DNA of 63,251 nt, filler included, from Reticulomyxa filosa (lineage: Eukaryota > Protista > Foraminifera): NCBI GenBank assembly GCA_000512085.1. It is 20 parts of 20 records of this genome, joined end to end, with 100 filler letters (N's around TTAATTAATTAA, not from the genome) between each part and the next. Parts side by side here need not be neighbours in the genome. Positions count along the whole stretch, not along the records: positions 37,692 to 39,994 come from ASPP01023905.1; positions 40,095 to 41,464 come from ASPP01025522.1; positions 41,565 to 43,648 come from ASPP01018490.1; positions 43,749 to 46,081 come from ASPP01042409.1; positions 46,182 to 47,181 come from ASPP01050200.1; positions 47,282 to 55,880 come from ASPP01004768.1; 14 more parts are not named here. One strand, 5' to 3'. The notes beneath the pieces were generated by a model. That model was not told the origin of the DNA. It did no database searches and saw only the letters and a program-made list of their open reading frames with translations. Below, one piece after another: positions 37,779 to 48,851 of the stretch. The translations under genes and the position numbers were made by a program. Each line of letters starts with the position of its first letter. Positions within the stretch are counted from its first letter, which is position 1.

Positions 37779-39994
37779 TCATTGCAAAACTTTTTCAATT
37801 TTAGCTTTGTTTCGCTTCAATCCAAATCCAGGAAGAGACAACCGCAACTTGATTTGCTCTAAGCTCCTAATGAATACATTTAAGCGATGAGATCCATACA
37901 ATTGCGACGGGTTTCGTTGAATGCCTTCCATCAATGTCAAGCTCTTATCGGGGTCGTTTTCATTTGTGTCTTTTTGGCCATTGTTGCCTTTGTTTTTTGT
38001 TTTACCTTTTTTGCTTTTGGATTTGTTTTTTTTATTGTCATGGCCTTTTCCATTCGATATTTTGTCGTCGTGATATTCATACTCGGTCTCAAAGCCATAG
38101 AACAATTCCTCATCATTATATGACCGCAGTCTTTGCAGTAACAATTGGTTGAATTCTTTTGTCAAATTTGTTTTCTCGTTATCGTTGTTGTTGCTGTTGT
38201 TTTCATTGCTATTGCTTCCATTATTGTTGTTTTCATTGTTATTGTTTTGGGTTACCACCGCAGGAGTCATAAAGTATCGATCGAAAGGCTCAAACTCCAA
38301 TATGTTTTCCATATCCACGTCCGTGTGAATTAAACATGCCAATGATTTCATCTGAGTCATATCAACTGTGCTCGACTCCGCTTCAGCTGCCATAATTTTT
38401 TCTAATGCTGGACGCAATGACTCATATTTCCCAATTTCTTCGTCAATGCAGTTTTCCAATAAATCCACCGCTCTTTTTTTTCGAGCTGACAATACCGCCC
38501 AATCGTTACCGGCAAACCTCGTATCATTAGCGATCACATATTCGACATTTTCTTTTGCCTTTGCACATTACATTGTAGCATATTTTGTTAAAAAAGAAAA
38601 GATGTTGTTACGAATATATATATATATATATATATATATGTGTATGTGTATATATAATGATCATTGCTATGAATATTTGTATAAAACAATTGCACAAGTA
38701 ATGTATGTCATAAGAAACTTTGTTACACTGAATGACAGCAGCTTTGGCAATTTTATCAATCACTTTCAATTGTTTCATTTTATGGGTGGTTTTAATTCGC
38801 ATGGCTTGCAATAGCATTTGTTCTCTTTCTTCTAACATTTGTTTCAAATGTGCAAACTCTTCGTTGATTACTTTTTCCGATTTTTTCCTTCCTTCTTCCA
38901 AAGCGATACAGCGCTGGCGAATCAAATAGCGAGTGACATGTAATTGTTGGACGATGCTTTCGATTTTGCTCAGCGCCTCCTGCTCCTCTCGACTCATCAC
39001 CAATATCACCTTTCCTTCATTTTTCGTATACGATTTCAGTGTATGTCGACTCCATTTGCGCTCGTCACTGCCATACATACGGCTGCGCGTCTCACGGTCG
39101 TTTGACGACTTTGACGCACTTCCCAAGTTCAAGGTACCACTTACTCCATTGTCACCACCACTATCGCTTTTGTCGTACATCATTGTGCCAGATTTGCCAC
39201 TTACATGGCCTTGCTTTGGAGAGGTATCTATATACATATACATATACATATACATATATAATATAATATTTATTTAGTTATTTAGGTAAATAGCATAAGA
39301 AAATTGAAAATTTTTTTGACTAACTTACATACACTCAAATTCAAATTATTTTGGACGGAATGGAACAATAATAACTCAGACAAATTGATATTATTTTGAG
39401 CGGCGTAAATGAATTCTCTCCTTTGCATGATGTTTAGTTTGGCTTGCTCTGCGATCTGAATTAGATCCGGCCACTCTTTCAAAATTGGCAATTGCGTGTC
39501 TGGCTCGTCAATTCCGGCGTCGACAATTGCGCACATCAGGTCCATCCCAGTTTTGTCATTCCACCAGAGTTTGTGTTGACTCATCCAGTTTTTGATTTTT
39601 TTTTTGACGTTCATATCATTTTTGGAAGGGGTGTTGCTCCGACGACTATCGATTGATGTCTTGCTTTTCGTTCGTTCGTCGGCATCACTGCGTTTTTTTG
39701 ACACTACTGCGGCTTTGTCTTCCAGTAGTTCAATTTCGGTGCCGTTGTAGCTGTCCGTGTCATTGTCATTGTCGCCTAAGCTTTCGACAGTGATATCTTC
39801 AGGCTCTGGTTTCTGCTCTTTCGTCCCTTTGGTTTTTTTTGTGGGAGACAATATTGTCTCTGTATTTTTTTAGCGTCGTCTTGTCGAATTGAGTTCGATG
39901 TCGTCCTTGGCGTTGTATTCCGCGATTCACTTTTCAACACGATAGGTGCAAGTGCGTCTTTTTTCCCTGTTGTTGTTGTTGTTGCTGTTGTTGC
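37779..39994 (-). CDS. Multi-exon hypothetical protein with coiled coil and low-complexity regions (5' partial)
   Basis: Colinear ORFs 39282-39851, 38608-39255 and 37779-38537 separated by (TA)-rich introns; coiled coil INEEFAHLKQMLEEREQMLL. Confidence 0.7.
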
Positions 39995-40665
39995 NNNNNN
40001 NNNNNNNNNNNNNNNNNNNNNNNNNNNNNNNNNNNNNNTTAATTAATTAANNNNNNNNNNNNNNNNNNNNNNNNNNNNNNNNNNNNNNNNNNNNTTTGTG
40101 TTGACTTCGATATTTTGATAATAAAAAAAAGTTCACGTATCATCTCCCGCAGGGGTATGACACTGACTTTTCATGTGAATATGGCTTCTACACAAAATTT
40201 CCCATATCTGTATACAATACCGTCAAGTTCTAACAATGAATGAAAAAGTTACGTTGAATTTCCTCTTTTTGGCATTTTCAAGATATTTTCTGCAGTAAAA
40301 ATGTTACGAAGTTTGAACATGATTGCATTCGAGCATTCTCCATTTGTCTTTGTCGTAGAAAAAAACCAAGTATATATTTGGAAAGCCCAAAGAAATGCGC
40401 ATCTTCACGTAGTATGAAATTGTGTATAAGTTAAATTTGGATTGTTGTTTTTTGCAGTTTACTACGAAAAAATTCCTTAAACGTGTAATATTTTGCCTCT
40501 CTGGGCTTGGGAGTTTAAATTAAGGTGCGCTGAAAGCGCACGTAACGAAAATAAAACACATGCCCTCTTATCTTTGGCAATATAGGGGGAATGGAAGTTT
40601 GGGATTATGCCAATTTGTATATATATATATAGGTATAATTTATGAAAATTGTTAGTAGAGTCTAT

Positions 40666-41464
40666 TTACTTGCAATGCGAACAAAATGCCAGCGCATTTC
40701 CCTTTTGAAGAGCCACACTTATGGACTTGAATACGATTCCTTTGGATTGTTGATAATCTCTTCCTTCTTTGCTTGCCAAGACATCTGCAATTTTATTAAA
40801 GACTTTTGATTGCCTCATGATGCCAGGCGCCAGCAGCTTCCGCGATTAATGGTATGTACGATGAGTTAGAATTATCAAAGATGCTCCTATATTTTCTTTT
40901 CTTGTAATTAAAGTAATCCGCTGCGGCGTTGAGTCTTCCTGGTACTTGGTTTGTGATGTTCTTATGCGTGATACCAATATCGAAAAATGTTTTGTCTGCG
41001 TCCTCATCAAACCACTTGATTATTATATCACCGGGTCGATGGTTGCTGCTATTGGAGGCACGAGCTTCCCGCTTATGATTCAAACCCGCACGCTTCAATA
41101 AGGTGGATATGCATGAGGTGACCGAATCATGTCGGGAAATTCTGCTTTTGCCGTGATGGCACGTTAATGCGTGATCGCCAAGAATGTCCATTTGTGATGG
41201 GCAGTCGTGTCCGCCTTGACAATTTACGTTTGCTGTTTCAGGTTGTGATAACCGGAACCGGACCAATGTTTGAAACTCCTTATTACCAAAATGCGATTTT
41301 GTGAATTTGTTTGGAAGGGCCTCTAAATATGCAGACGCATGCTTGGAGGACATAGATGTTATCAATGCTTTGGTTCTTGGATTGGAATTATTCAGAAAAG
41401 TCTTGCGAACATTTGTTGATATATTCTTGGACAACGATGACTGGACTGGCAAAAAGTTCAGGTC
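40666..41464 (-). mobile_element. CRE/SLACS-clade-like non-LTR retrotransposon 3' end (CCHC knuckle plus restriction-like endonuclease), one frameshift
   Basis: ASAYLEALP...EFQTLVRFRL, C..C...D.LGDHALTC, RHD, RPGD, FDIGI, KKRKY, YIPLIAE..GAW. After a frameshift near 40800: KIADVLA...SISVALQKGNA...*. Confidence 0.85.
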
Positions 41465-41799
41465 NNNNNNNNNNNNNNNNNNNNNNNNNNNNNNNNNNNN
41501 NNNNNNNNTTAATTAATTAANNNNNNNNNNNNNNNNNNNNNNNNNNNNNNNNNNNNNNNNNNNNTCAGAGTTTGGACTTCGTTCATATCCAGGAGTTCAT
41601 GGACATTGAAGAAGAATAACTGTGGCTCTGTCATTTTCCAAAGACTGGCCCTGAACGACAAACTGACATTATATCGCCAAGCTGCAAATGTCTCGTGGCC
41701 CGTTGTCAACTGCTGTGCGATTGTGTGTTTGCAATAATGGACAGCTGCATCAGCTCCGCACGATTGCAACTCAAACTGGGGTCAGATGAGTTCAACACA

Positions 41800-42195
41800 A
41801 TGTTCCCATCAACGTTGTCTACCATAAAGATTGCCACATTGCAAATGCTGGCAATGACGTCCATGTATTTATCGATGGAATGTTCCAATAATACTTTCAT
41901 TTTGTCTTTGCCACGGACGGGTCGAAGGCCTCCCAAAATATCACTCGTCTCCGTGTTTTAGTGACAATTAATCATTTGCAAGTTTTGTCGTCGCAACAAT
42001 GCCGACATTTGAACCACGGTCGCTTTGCTGGCACTAGTCGGACCTACCAACAGCACGGGGCCCGGAATGTTCCAGACACGCGCTCACCGATGTGAACAGT
42101 CGCTTCATCTAGTATGTCCAACTGATACTCTCGATTCCTTTCTTTGCGTTCGCATAAGAAAATTTTTTCATGTCGTCGTTGCTGCTGCAATTGCT
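41800..42195 (-). pseudogene. MDN1: Midasin (MDN1/Rea1) AAA-module fragment
   Basis: ISWTY*MKRLFTSVSACLEH..PVLLVGPTSASKATVVQ...LQMINCH*NTETSDILGGLRPVR. Confidence 0.8.
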
Positions 42196-42808
42196 GCGAC
42201 AGCGAGACACCCATCTTCGATTGTATCGATCTTCATGTTGTTGAGCAAGAAAGAAGCTTCGGTTTGATTGAGCGTGGGCAATGTCGCCAAAGGGATGATG
42301 TCTTTCTTGTACACGTCGACAAAGGACTGAAACGACCGAAAGTACAACTTGCCCTGCACCCATCACCTGGTCGTATGCATAAAACAACTTGCCTGATTTC
42401 TCCTTGCACTTTTTTTCGAATTCTTTTATCAATGTCGCCAGTCCTGATAGGCAATCGATCGATCCCATTTATCCCTTTATCACGTGTGAGTAGTCGTTTT
42501 CTTTCAATACCAACACCAATTCGGACATCCTTTTCCTGTTGTTTTGCTATCTCTGAAATATACATATATGTGTATATGAATTAAGGGAGAAAGAGAATAT
42601 GCATCAATTTAAAAAAAAACTTGCCACTGTGATTGGAAAACTGCACAGTGTTGAGCGGAGAAATGCCAAACACTAGCAATTGCAGTGGAAACATCACCGA
42701 CTTGTTTCCGACATAGCCTGACACTACTGTCGACTGAATGATCAACACTCTTGGCGACAAAGCGGAAACATCCACTTTTTGTTTGCTTGAGCCATCTATT
42801 TCGGACAT
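42196..42808 (-). pseudogene. PDXK: Pyridoxal kinase pseudogene (N-terminal ~60%), intron retained
   Basis: [26 protein letters not shown]...[12 protein letters not shown]; intron; YSHVIKG*MG, YDQVMG/QGKLY, DVYKKDIIPLA..TLNQTEA, with frameshifts. Confidence 0.88.
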
Positions 42809-43149
42809 TTTCAAATTATATGCATCTGATTAATATATATATCAAATCGAAAAGATTCCCCTAAAAAAGAAAGGGTAAGCCATTATACTTTAAAAAACAA
42901 CAATGACAAAAATAAACATCTTTCAATATGCAAAAAAGATTTTTGTAGCTACCTTTGAACGCATTTGCATCCTAATAAAAGTTTTAAAAAATAAGAACAT
43001 ACAATTTTTAACTGGAGCAATCAACTCCAAGTTTTTAATCTTTTTTTTCAGATAAAAAAAAGTGCGGTATGATGGGTACCAACAAGTGAAAACAAAAACA
43101 AAAAAAATTTACGCATGTGTTTCTGTAACAAATGTTGAAAAATGCTCTT

Positions 43150-43610
43150 CTCCTCCCTCGCCAAGTTTGGATAATGAGACCGAAGATTTACCAAACCGAT
43201 GAGTGTTGACTCGAAAAGCTCCTCATACGATCATGTAAGCAAGCGAATAGGAAGACAGCAGTAGCGATGAGAAAGTGCATGCGAATGCGAATGTATTATA
43301 GATCAACGAAGACATAATCTACAGCAAGCTATTTTTGAAAAGACCAGCGATGACAACATATTTGTGAAGTTTGTGAAGCCCGACTTGCAATTGGAATGGA
43401 CAAAGATGTTGACATTGAAGCCGATCTTTGGATCGAACTGCAATAGCGGGGCAAGCCCGACGTCAATCGAAGACGAAGGGATCCTTTTGAAGTATGTGGA
43501 CTATACTCTGGACAGTGTCCTTTTCTACATTGATGACATCAACGTCTTACTCCAACCCTTTCAAGATATTTTACATTTGTTGACACTGGCAATTTCCAAA
43601 AGCTCATTTT
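43150..43610 (+). pseudogene. Unidentified degraded coding fragment
   Basis: GC-richer, codon-like stretch (AIFEKTSDDNIFVKFVKPDLQLEWTKML...) with upstream in-frame stops. Confidence 0.3.
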
Positions 43611-44208
43611 TCAAGTTTCTTATTTTTTTTTTTAAATAGGAGAAAATTNNNNNNNNNNNNNNNNNNNNNNNNNNNNNNNNNNNNNNNNNNNNTTAATTAA
43701 TTAANNNNNNNNNNNNNNNNNNNNNNNNNNNNNNNNNNNNNNNNNNNNTTTTACGAAAAAGTGTTAGTATATCAAAAGTTTCGAACTGTAATGTCATTGT
43801 CATCACGTAAAGACCAAAACTGTCATTGCATATATCGTTTGGTTAATTTTTCGCGTATTCAAACTATTTACCATAATCTTTAAACACTCGCCAAAAGTGA
43901 GCGAGATACCTTAAAGTTCACTGCTTAGGTAAATAAACGGAATAAAAAAAACTAGCACAAATAATATATGCTCTCTTTCTGACTTTGTTGTCCCAAATTA
44001 AATACGGCAAAAACGTTGTGGTTTGTTTCCTTCCACAATTTATACAAAAATTTTAAAAGTCTAACTAAGTACCTCACTCTACACGTTTTATTTGTACAAC
44101 TAATCAAAATCACTTTAACTAGTATTTTACTTGATCCATAACAAAAGAATTTGTGCTCAATCTTTATTTTGCTCTTTTTATTATTTTCATTCTGGAAATC
44201 AAAAAGGC

Positions 44209-44886
44209 ATGCCAAAAATCAAACTAATGAATCAAAAAATTGGTAAACAAGCCAAAAAAAGATTTAAAAAAGTCCGAAAGAACCAAAAACAGAAAGGAAA
44301 TTGGTCCGTACATTTGGCGCCGCGCAAAGCAAATAAGAAAACTGAAAAAGGAAGTAAAAAAAAAATTACTAAGCAAGCACAGCTACATCTGCGTCAAACT
44401 GATCCAAAAGAAAAAAGGACAGACGAGGACAACAGTAAAGTCAAAAAACAAAGCGACTGTGAAGCTATTCCAAAAGAAAGAACTGAGTTGAGAAAGATTG
44501 AAGAACAAAGAAAATCATTTATTGGCACTTTTGTTCGAATTGGCTTTAAAAAGAGAAATCAAACTCGTAAATACAAAATTCAATCGAGAAAGACCCCTCC
44601 GAAAACATTCGTTCTTTTGAAAAACGTTTATCTAGTTCAACGGAATGCACGTGATAAAAACGAATTTGAGATTTTGAAGCCGAAGCAATTAATGGCCGAT
44701 CATTTATGGTTCAATCTAACAAAGGGATTTGCTGCTTTAAAATTGAGAATGGGAGATAATGTTGTTTTTGATGCCAGAGTCAAGACTTATGTCAAGGGAT
44801 CAAAGAAACGTGGAATTCCTGTGCGAACGGATTATAGACTCTCTTTTCCTACAAAACTTGTCAAAGTTTGCCGCAATTCAAATTGA
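44209..44886 (+). CDS. Intronless protein: Lys-rich N-terminus plus a domain resembling a bacterial/phage conserved hypothetical family
   Basis: Intact 225-codon ORF; RTELRKIEEQRKSFIGTFVRIG...VLLKNV...DHLWFNLTKGFAALKLRMGDNVVFDARVKTYVKG...DYRLSFPTK. Confidence 0.8.
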   Translation: MPKIKLMNQKIGKQAKKRFKKVRKNQKQKGNWSVHLAPRKANKKTEKGSKKKITKQAQLHLRQTDPKEKRTDEDNSKVKKQSDCEAIPKERTELRKIEEQRKSFIGTFVRIGFKKRNQTRKYKIQSRKTPPKTFVLLKNVYLVQRNARDKNEFEILKPKQLMADHLWFNLTKGFAALKLRMGDNVVFDARVKTYVKGSKKRGIPVRTDYRLSFPTKLVKVCRNSN

Positions 44887-45635
44887 CAACTTTTGTCGAT
44901 TTCTGCTTTGATTCACAAACATTTTTTAAGTTGAATATATTTTTTGGCAAATTTCAATGAAATGACATAATTTAAATAAAATGAGACCAAAAACAAATTT
45001 AAAAAATGCTATTTTGGCAACAGATGAAGCAATATAATTTTTGTAAAATTATTTCTTGATTTACTTATAGCTTCACTTTGTAACCTCATGCTTGCATAAG
45101 CATTTACATTTAATAATTGTGATACACATAAGTTATGCCAGTTGTTTATTTTTAGTTTAAGCAGCTTTATTGTGTATCATTTATTTATCAAAATGAACTT
45201 AACATCGTACGTATACTCTTCAAAAAAATTACTTTTCTTACTCAAATTACGATTATGTGTTCTCATTTGAATAGAATTCTCATAACTTTTTTAAATGCCA
45301 AAATGGTAAATCAACTAAATCTGAGTTTCAGTAAGAATAAAATAATGTGAACGAGTTTAAATTTTAAAAAACAGATAATTTGACGAATTACTTTACTTAA
45401 AAAAAGCTAAAAAAAAATCACCCAAAAGGCTAATACTTTTTTGAGTGAACTTTTTTTAATCGGTTTGGGTAGAAGAGGTCAAGACATTTCCGTCGCTTTC
45501 TAGCTCATAAGAAAAAGGAAAATTTTCTTCGTGTACAATGGTTTTTCTGGATTTAATTTCATTCACTCGCTATCAATATTTTCACCACAAAATTTGAATT
45601 AGCGTCCATCACCAAAACAAAACAAAAAATAAACC

Positions 45636-46081
45636 TATTTCGTCTCAGTGACAAGTTGTCCCAAAAGGTTCCATCCAGTGTAAGCAAATTCAGTGACTTT
45701 GTTGCACACGCATTGCACCTTTTCATTATTTCGAACTTGTTCGACTTTTGAACTTATATCATATTTTTCGTCAAAGTCTTTTGGTTTGTCGCCCAATTTT
45801 TTACTGAATTGGTGTTTCTCATCAAATGCCTAAAAAAAGGTATACGTAAAAAAAAAAAAGAAAGAAAATTCTTTTTTTTTGTTCCATTTAAAAAAAATAT
45901 AAAAAAAAATGAACTTTGACAGCATTGACAGCAACTCGGGTTGTGGTGACGACTTTTTCTTGGGCTTGGTATTGCTCGTCTATGCCTTGCCATTTGTCAT
46001 TTGCGAACTCAATACCACCTCTTTGGTCAGACCCAACGACTCATCGTTCAAACTTCTTTGGCGAGCCCATCCGAAGGGCCC
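45636..46081 (-). pseudogene. Degraded C-terminal part of a Vip1/BPA1-like (RRM-associated) protein, with an intron
   Basis: ...VAVNAVK|AFDEKHQFSKKLGDKPKDFDEKYDISSKV across a GT-AG intron (~45914-45830); frameshifts upstream. Confidence 0.45.
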
Positions 46082-46181
46082 NNNNNNNNNNNNNNNNNNN
46101 NNNNNNNNNNNNNNNNNNNNNNNNNTTAATTAATTAANNNNNNNNNNNNNNNNNNNNNNNNNNNNNNNNNNNNNNNNNNNN

Positions 46182-47090
46182 ATCAGTGTAGATTAGAATG
46201 CACACCATCGTCATGATTTGATAAAGACGTTGATTATATTGATGAACCATTTGCAGATTTTATTATTAATAACAATTTACAAGTAATAAATTTTTACAGT
46301 CTTTCTCAAAGATTTGACAAATGGACTGAATCACCAATTTACATCACACTATGTTTTGAATCAGTCTCAAGATGGTGCAGCAATTGGAGAACAGATGATG
46401 ATGAATTGTATGTGCATTCAGATCATCTTCCAATCACATTCAATATCAAGTCACATTGATCATCTCAAAAAGTCAAAAAATAGAAAACATAAACATTGAA
46501 TTTAATAAGCGATAAATGGAATTTGTATAAATTGTAATGAAATTGGAAGAATGGAAAAATAAATTACAATTATGCAGTCAAGATGGCCGACATTGGATTA
46601 TGCTGCGGAATCTTGGACCAATAGTATTTTACCAAGAGTATCTAAAAAAAATTTTGATTGATATCATCAAATGGACATCACTGAAGATGAAGTCATTTAA
46701 GCATGGATGTATATTTCATCTCACAAAAGCACAAAAACCATACAATATTCAAAGCTAAATGATCAAAAATAGTTTACAAGCATTTATTGATACATTGGTC
46801 GTATTATTCAATTGAGTTTCAATATTGTATGCGTTTCAATATTTTTCCGATACCAAAACCAGATCGTGATCACATCATCTGCAAGAATTACAGACCGATT
46901 CATCACTATCTGAAGTTGGAAATTATTGTGAGTGATTATTACGATTATATTGATGTGATATTTGAATGAAAATCATTATAACAATATCAAGTATGTTTCC
47001 AATCTTGGCACAGCAAATCAGAATGTTGATTAATAATGACTGAATCAATTTTTTCATCATTATGCAATGCTATTAGATGTGTCTTATACT
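46182..47090 (+). mobile_element. Highly degraded APE-type LINE retrotransposon (endonuclease end to RT start)
   Basis: NAHH, SDHLPITF (~46418), PIPKPDRDH..CKNYRPI (~46847-46900), YQ.CFQ..HS, with many stops. Confidence 0.85.
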
Positions 47091-47699
47091 AAAGAGATGA
47101 CTCCAACAATACAAACAGCTAGAAAAAGTTTTTTTGGAATGATACTTTACTTTAAAAGAAAGTTCTATTAAAAAAAAAATANNNNNNNNNNNNNNNNNNN
47201 NNNNNNNNNNNNNNNNNNNNNNNNNTTAATTAATTAANNNNNNNNNNNNNNNNNNNNNNNNNNNNNNNNNNNNNNNNNNNNGTGTGCCATAAAGTTTTTG
47301 AAAACATAAAGTACTTTCAAAAACATAAGGAATCAACAAAAAACATATTTCCTATTAATTACACGTTATCACACAATTTTTTTAAATATTATTCATGTAC
47401 TGCCAAAAAGAAGTAAAGGTGATAGCTGAAGTAACATTAAAATACAAATAATATATCACGTCTTTGCGTACAAGTGCAAGATAAATTTGCTGCTGCGCTT
47501 GTGATGGAAACCAGGCTTCTGTTGAAGTTATATTGTAAACTTTTTTATGAAGAATATCTCAATTTATTGGAGCAACGAGTCCAAAGCACGATCAAATTTT
47601 TCTATACAATTCATAGTCTTGAACGTGTGTAACAATGATAAATTTATTTTTAGATTGTTGCATTATCATTGATTACATGTGCGGTCGATCTGTTTGGGA

Positions 47700-47951
47700 A
47701 AAAAATGGTATTGAAAGTGGAGTGATTATATATGCAATATAATTATTTGATTATGTAGTTTTGCGAAAATAAAAAGATTTGCACAACTATCGGCTTTATT
47801 TTATCAATAAATTTTTTTCGGAGTTTAAAAAAGAAGTGAAAGCAAAAAAAACATTGAGAAATAAAGCCGAAATAGTTTTAAAATCTTTTATTTTTGCAAT
47901 AACACTTCAAGTAATTTGTGTTGCTACGTGATCACTTTGCAATCAGTTTTC
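47700..47951. repeat. Imperfect foldback / MITE-like palindrome with ~100-bp arms
   Basis: TTGCGAAAATAAAAAGATTT..AACTATCGGCTTTATTT..TCAAT is mirrored by ATTGA..AAATAAAGCCGAAATAGTT..AAATCTTTTATTTTTGCAA. Confidence 0.8.
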
Positions 47952-48851
47952 TTGTTTTATTTTATTTTAATAATACAAATTAGACATCAAATAAGAATTG
48001 ACTTTTATTGTAACTCTAGATTGTCCTGTAATTGTTATAAATTATAAGTATTTTTCTCACATGATGAAAAATAAAAATGTTATATTTACGCTAATGGAAG
48101 TACGTATTTGAAAAGAATGATTACAAAAAAAGTGTGATTTGTTTTGTACTTAAAAAAATATTATTAACATTGCATATTTGATTTAGCTTAGTAGTTAAAG
48201 CACGTAATTAGGTATTTATCTGTTGAGCCACCATGATATGTCGATGAACTGGATATACTACAGTGTAGCACTTTGAATGTTGCAAAATGAAAATATTCAT
48301 ATTCATTATGTTGATTGATCGCGCTCAGTGTATAGCTTCCAGCACTGTTGCAATATACAATGTCATGTTATAGTAAAAAATCTTGGTGAATGGTCCGCTA
48401 TAATTGATATTAGATTGTGCCATAAATTGGGATTCTTGATTCAAATCACTTTGAACAATAAAAAGTAGCAGTTAATATTTTTCGAATGTTGGCAAATAAT
48501 TTGTGCAAATTTGGAAGCAAAGCAAACTGTCAGAAAGTTTTGATGTTGGATTTGCTGTTGACGCTTTTATCAATCACAGTGTCAAGAAGCAAGTCCTTTC
48601 ATTTTGCGTCTTTGTGGCAAAGTGAAAAAGACAATCTTGCAAAAATATAATCAATTTTCACGTTTTTTTCTTATTGGATTGCAAAAAAAATAAGTTTTAA
48701 ATAACTCTGTTTTTTTATAAGCAAATTTCCCAAAAAGTAAAATTATTAACGAAAATGAAGACTACAATCATATTTGCAATAATTTGGTATTATGATTACT
48801 AAGTCAACAGTTTTCATTATTTGGAGAAAAAACGAGAAAAAATAATGAATT

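Noticed and set aside
40525-40552. CTGAAAG...GAAA near a hairpin as a hammerhead ribozyme
   Set aside because: The core is not CUGANGA and the three required stems cannot be formed.
45411-45458. Short inverted repeat downstream of the phage-like gene as a terminator or TIR
   Set aside because: Mostly A/T runs with mismatches; expected by chance at this AT content.
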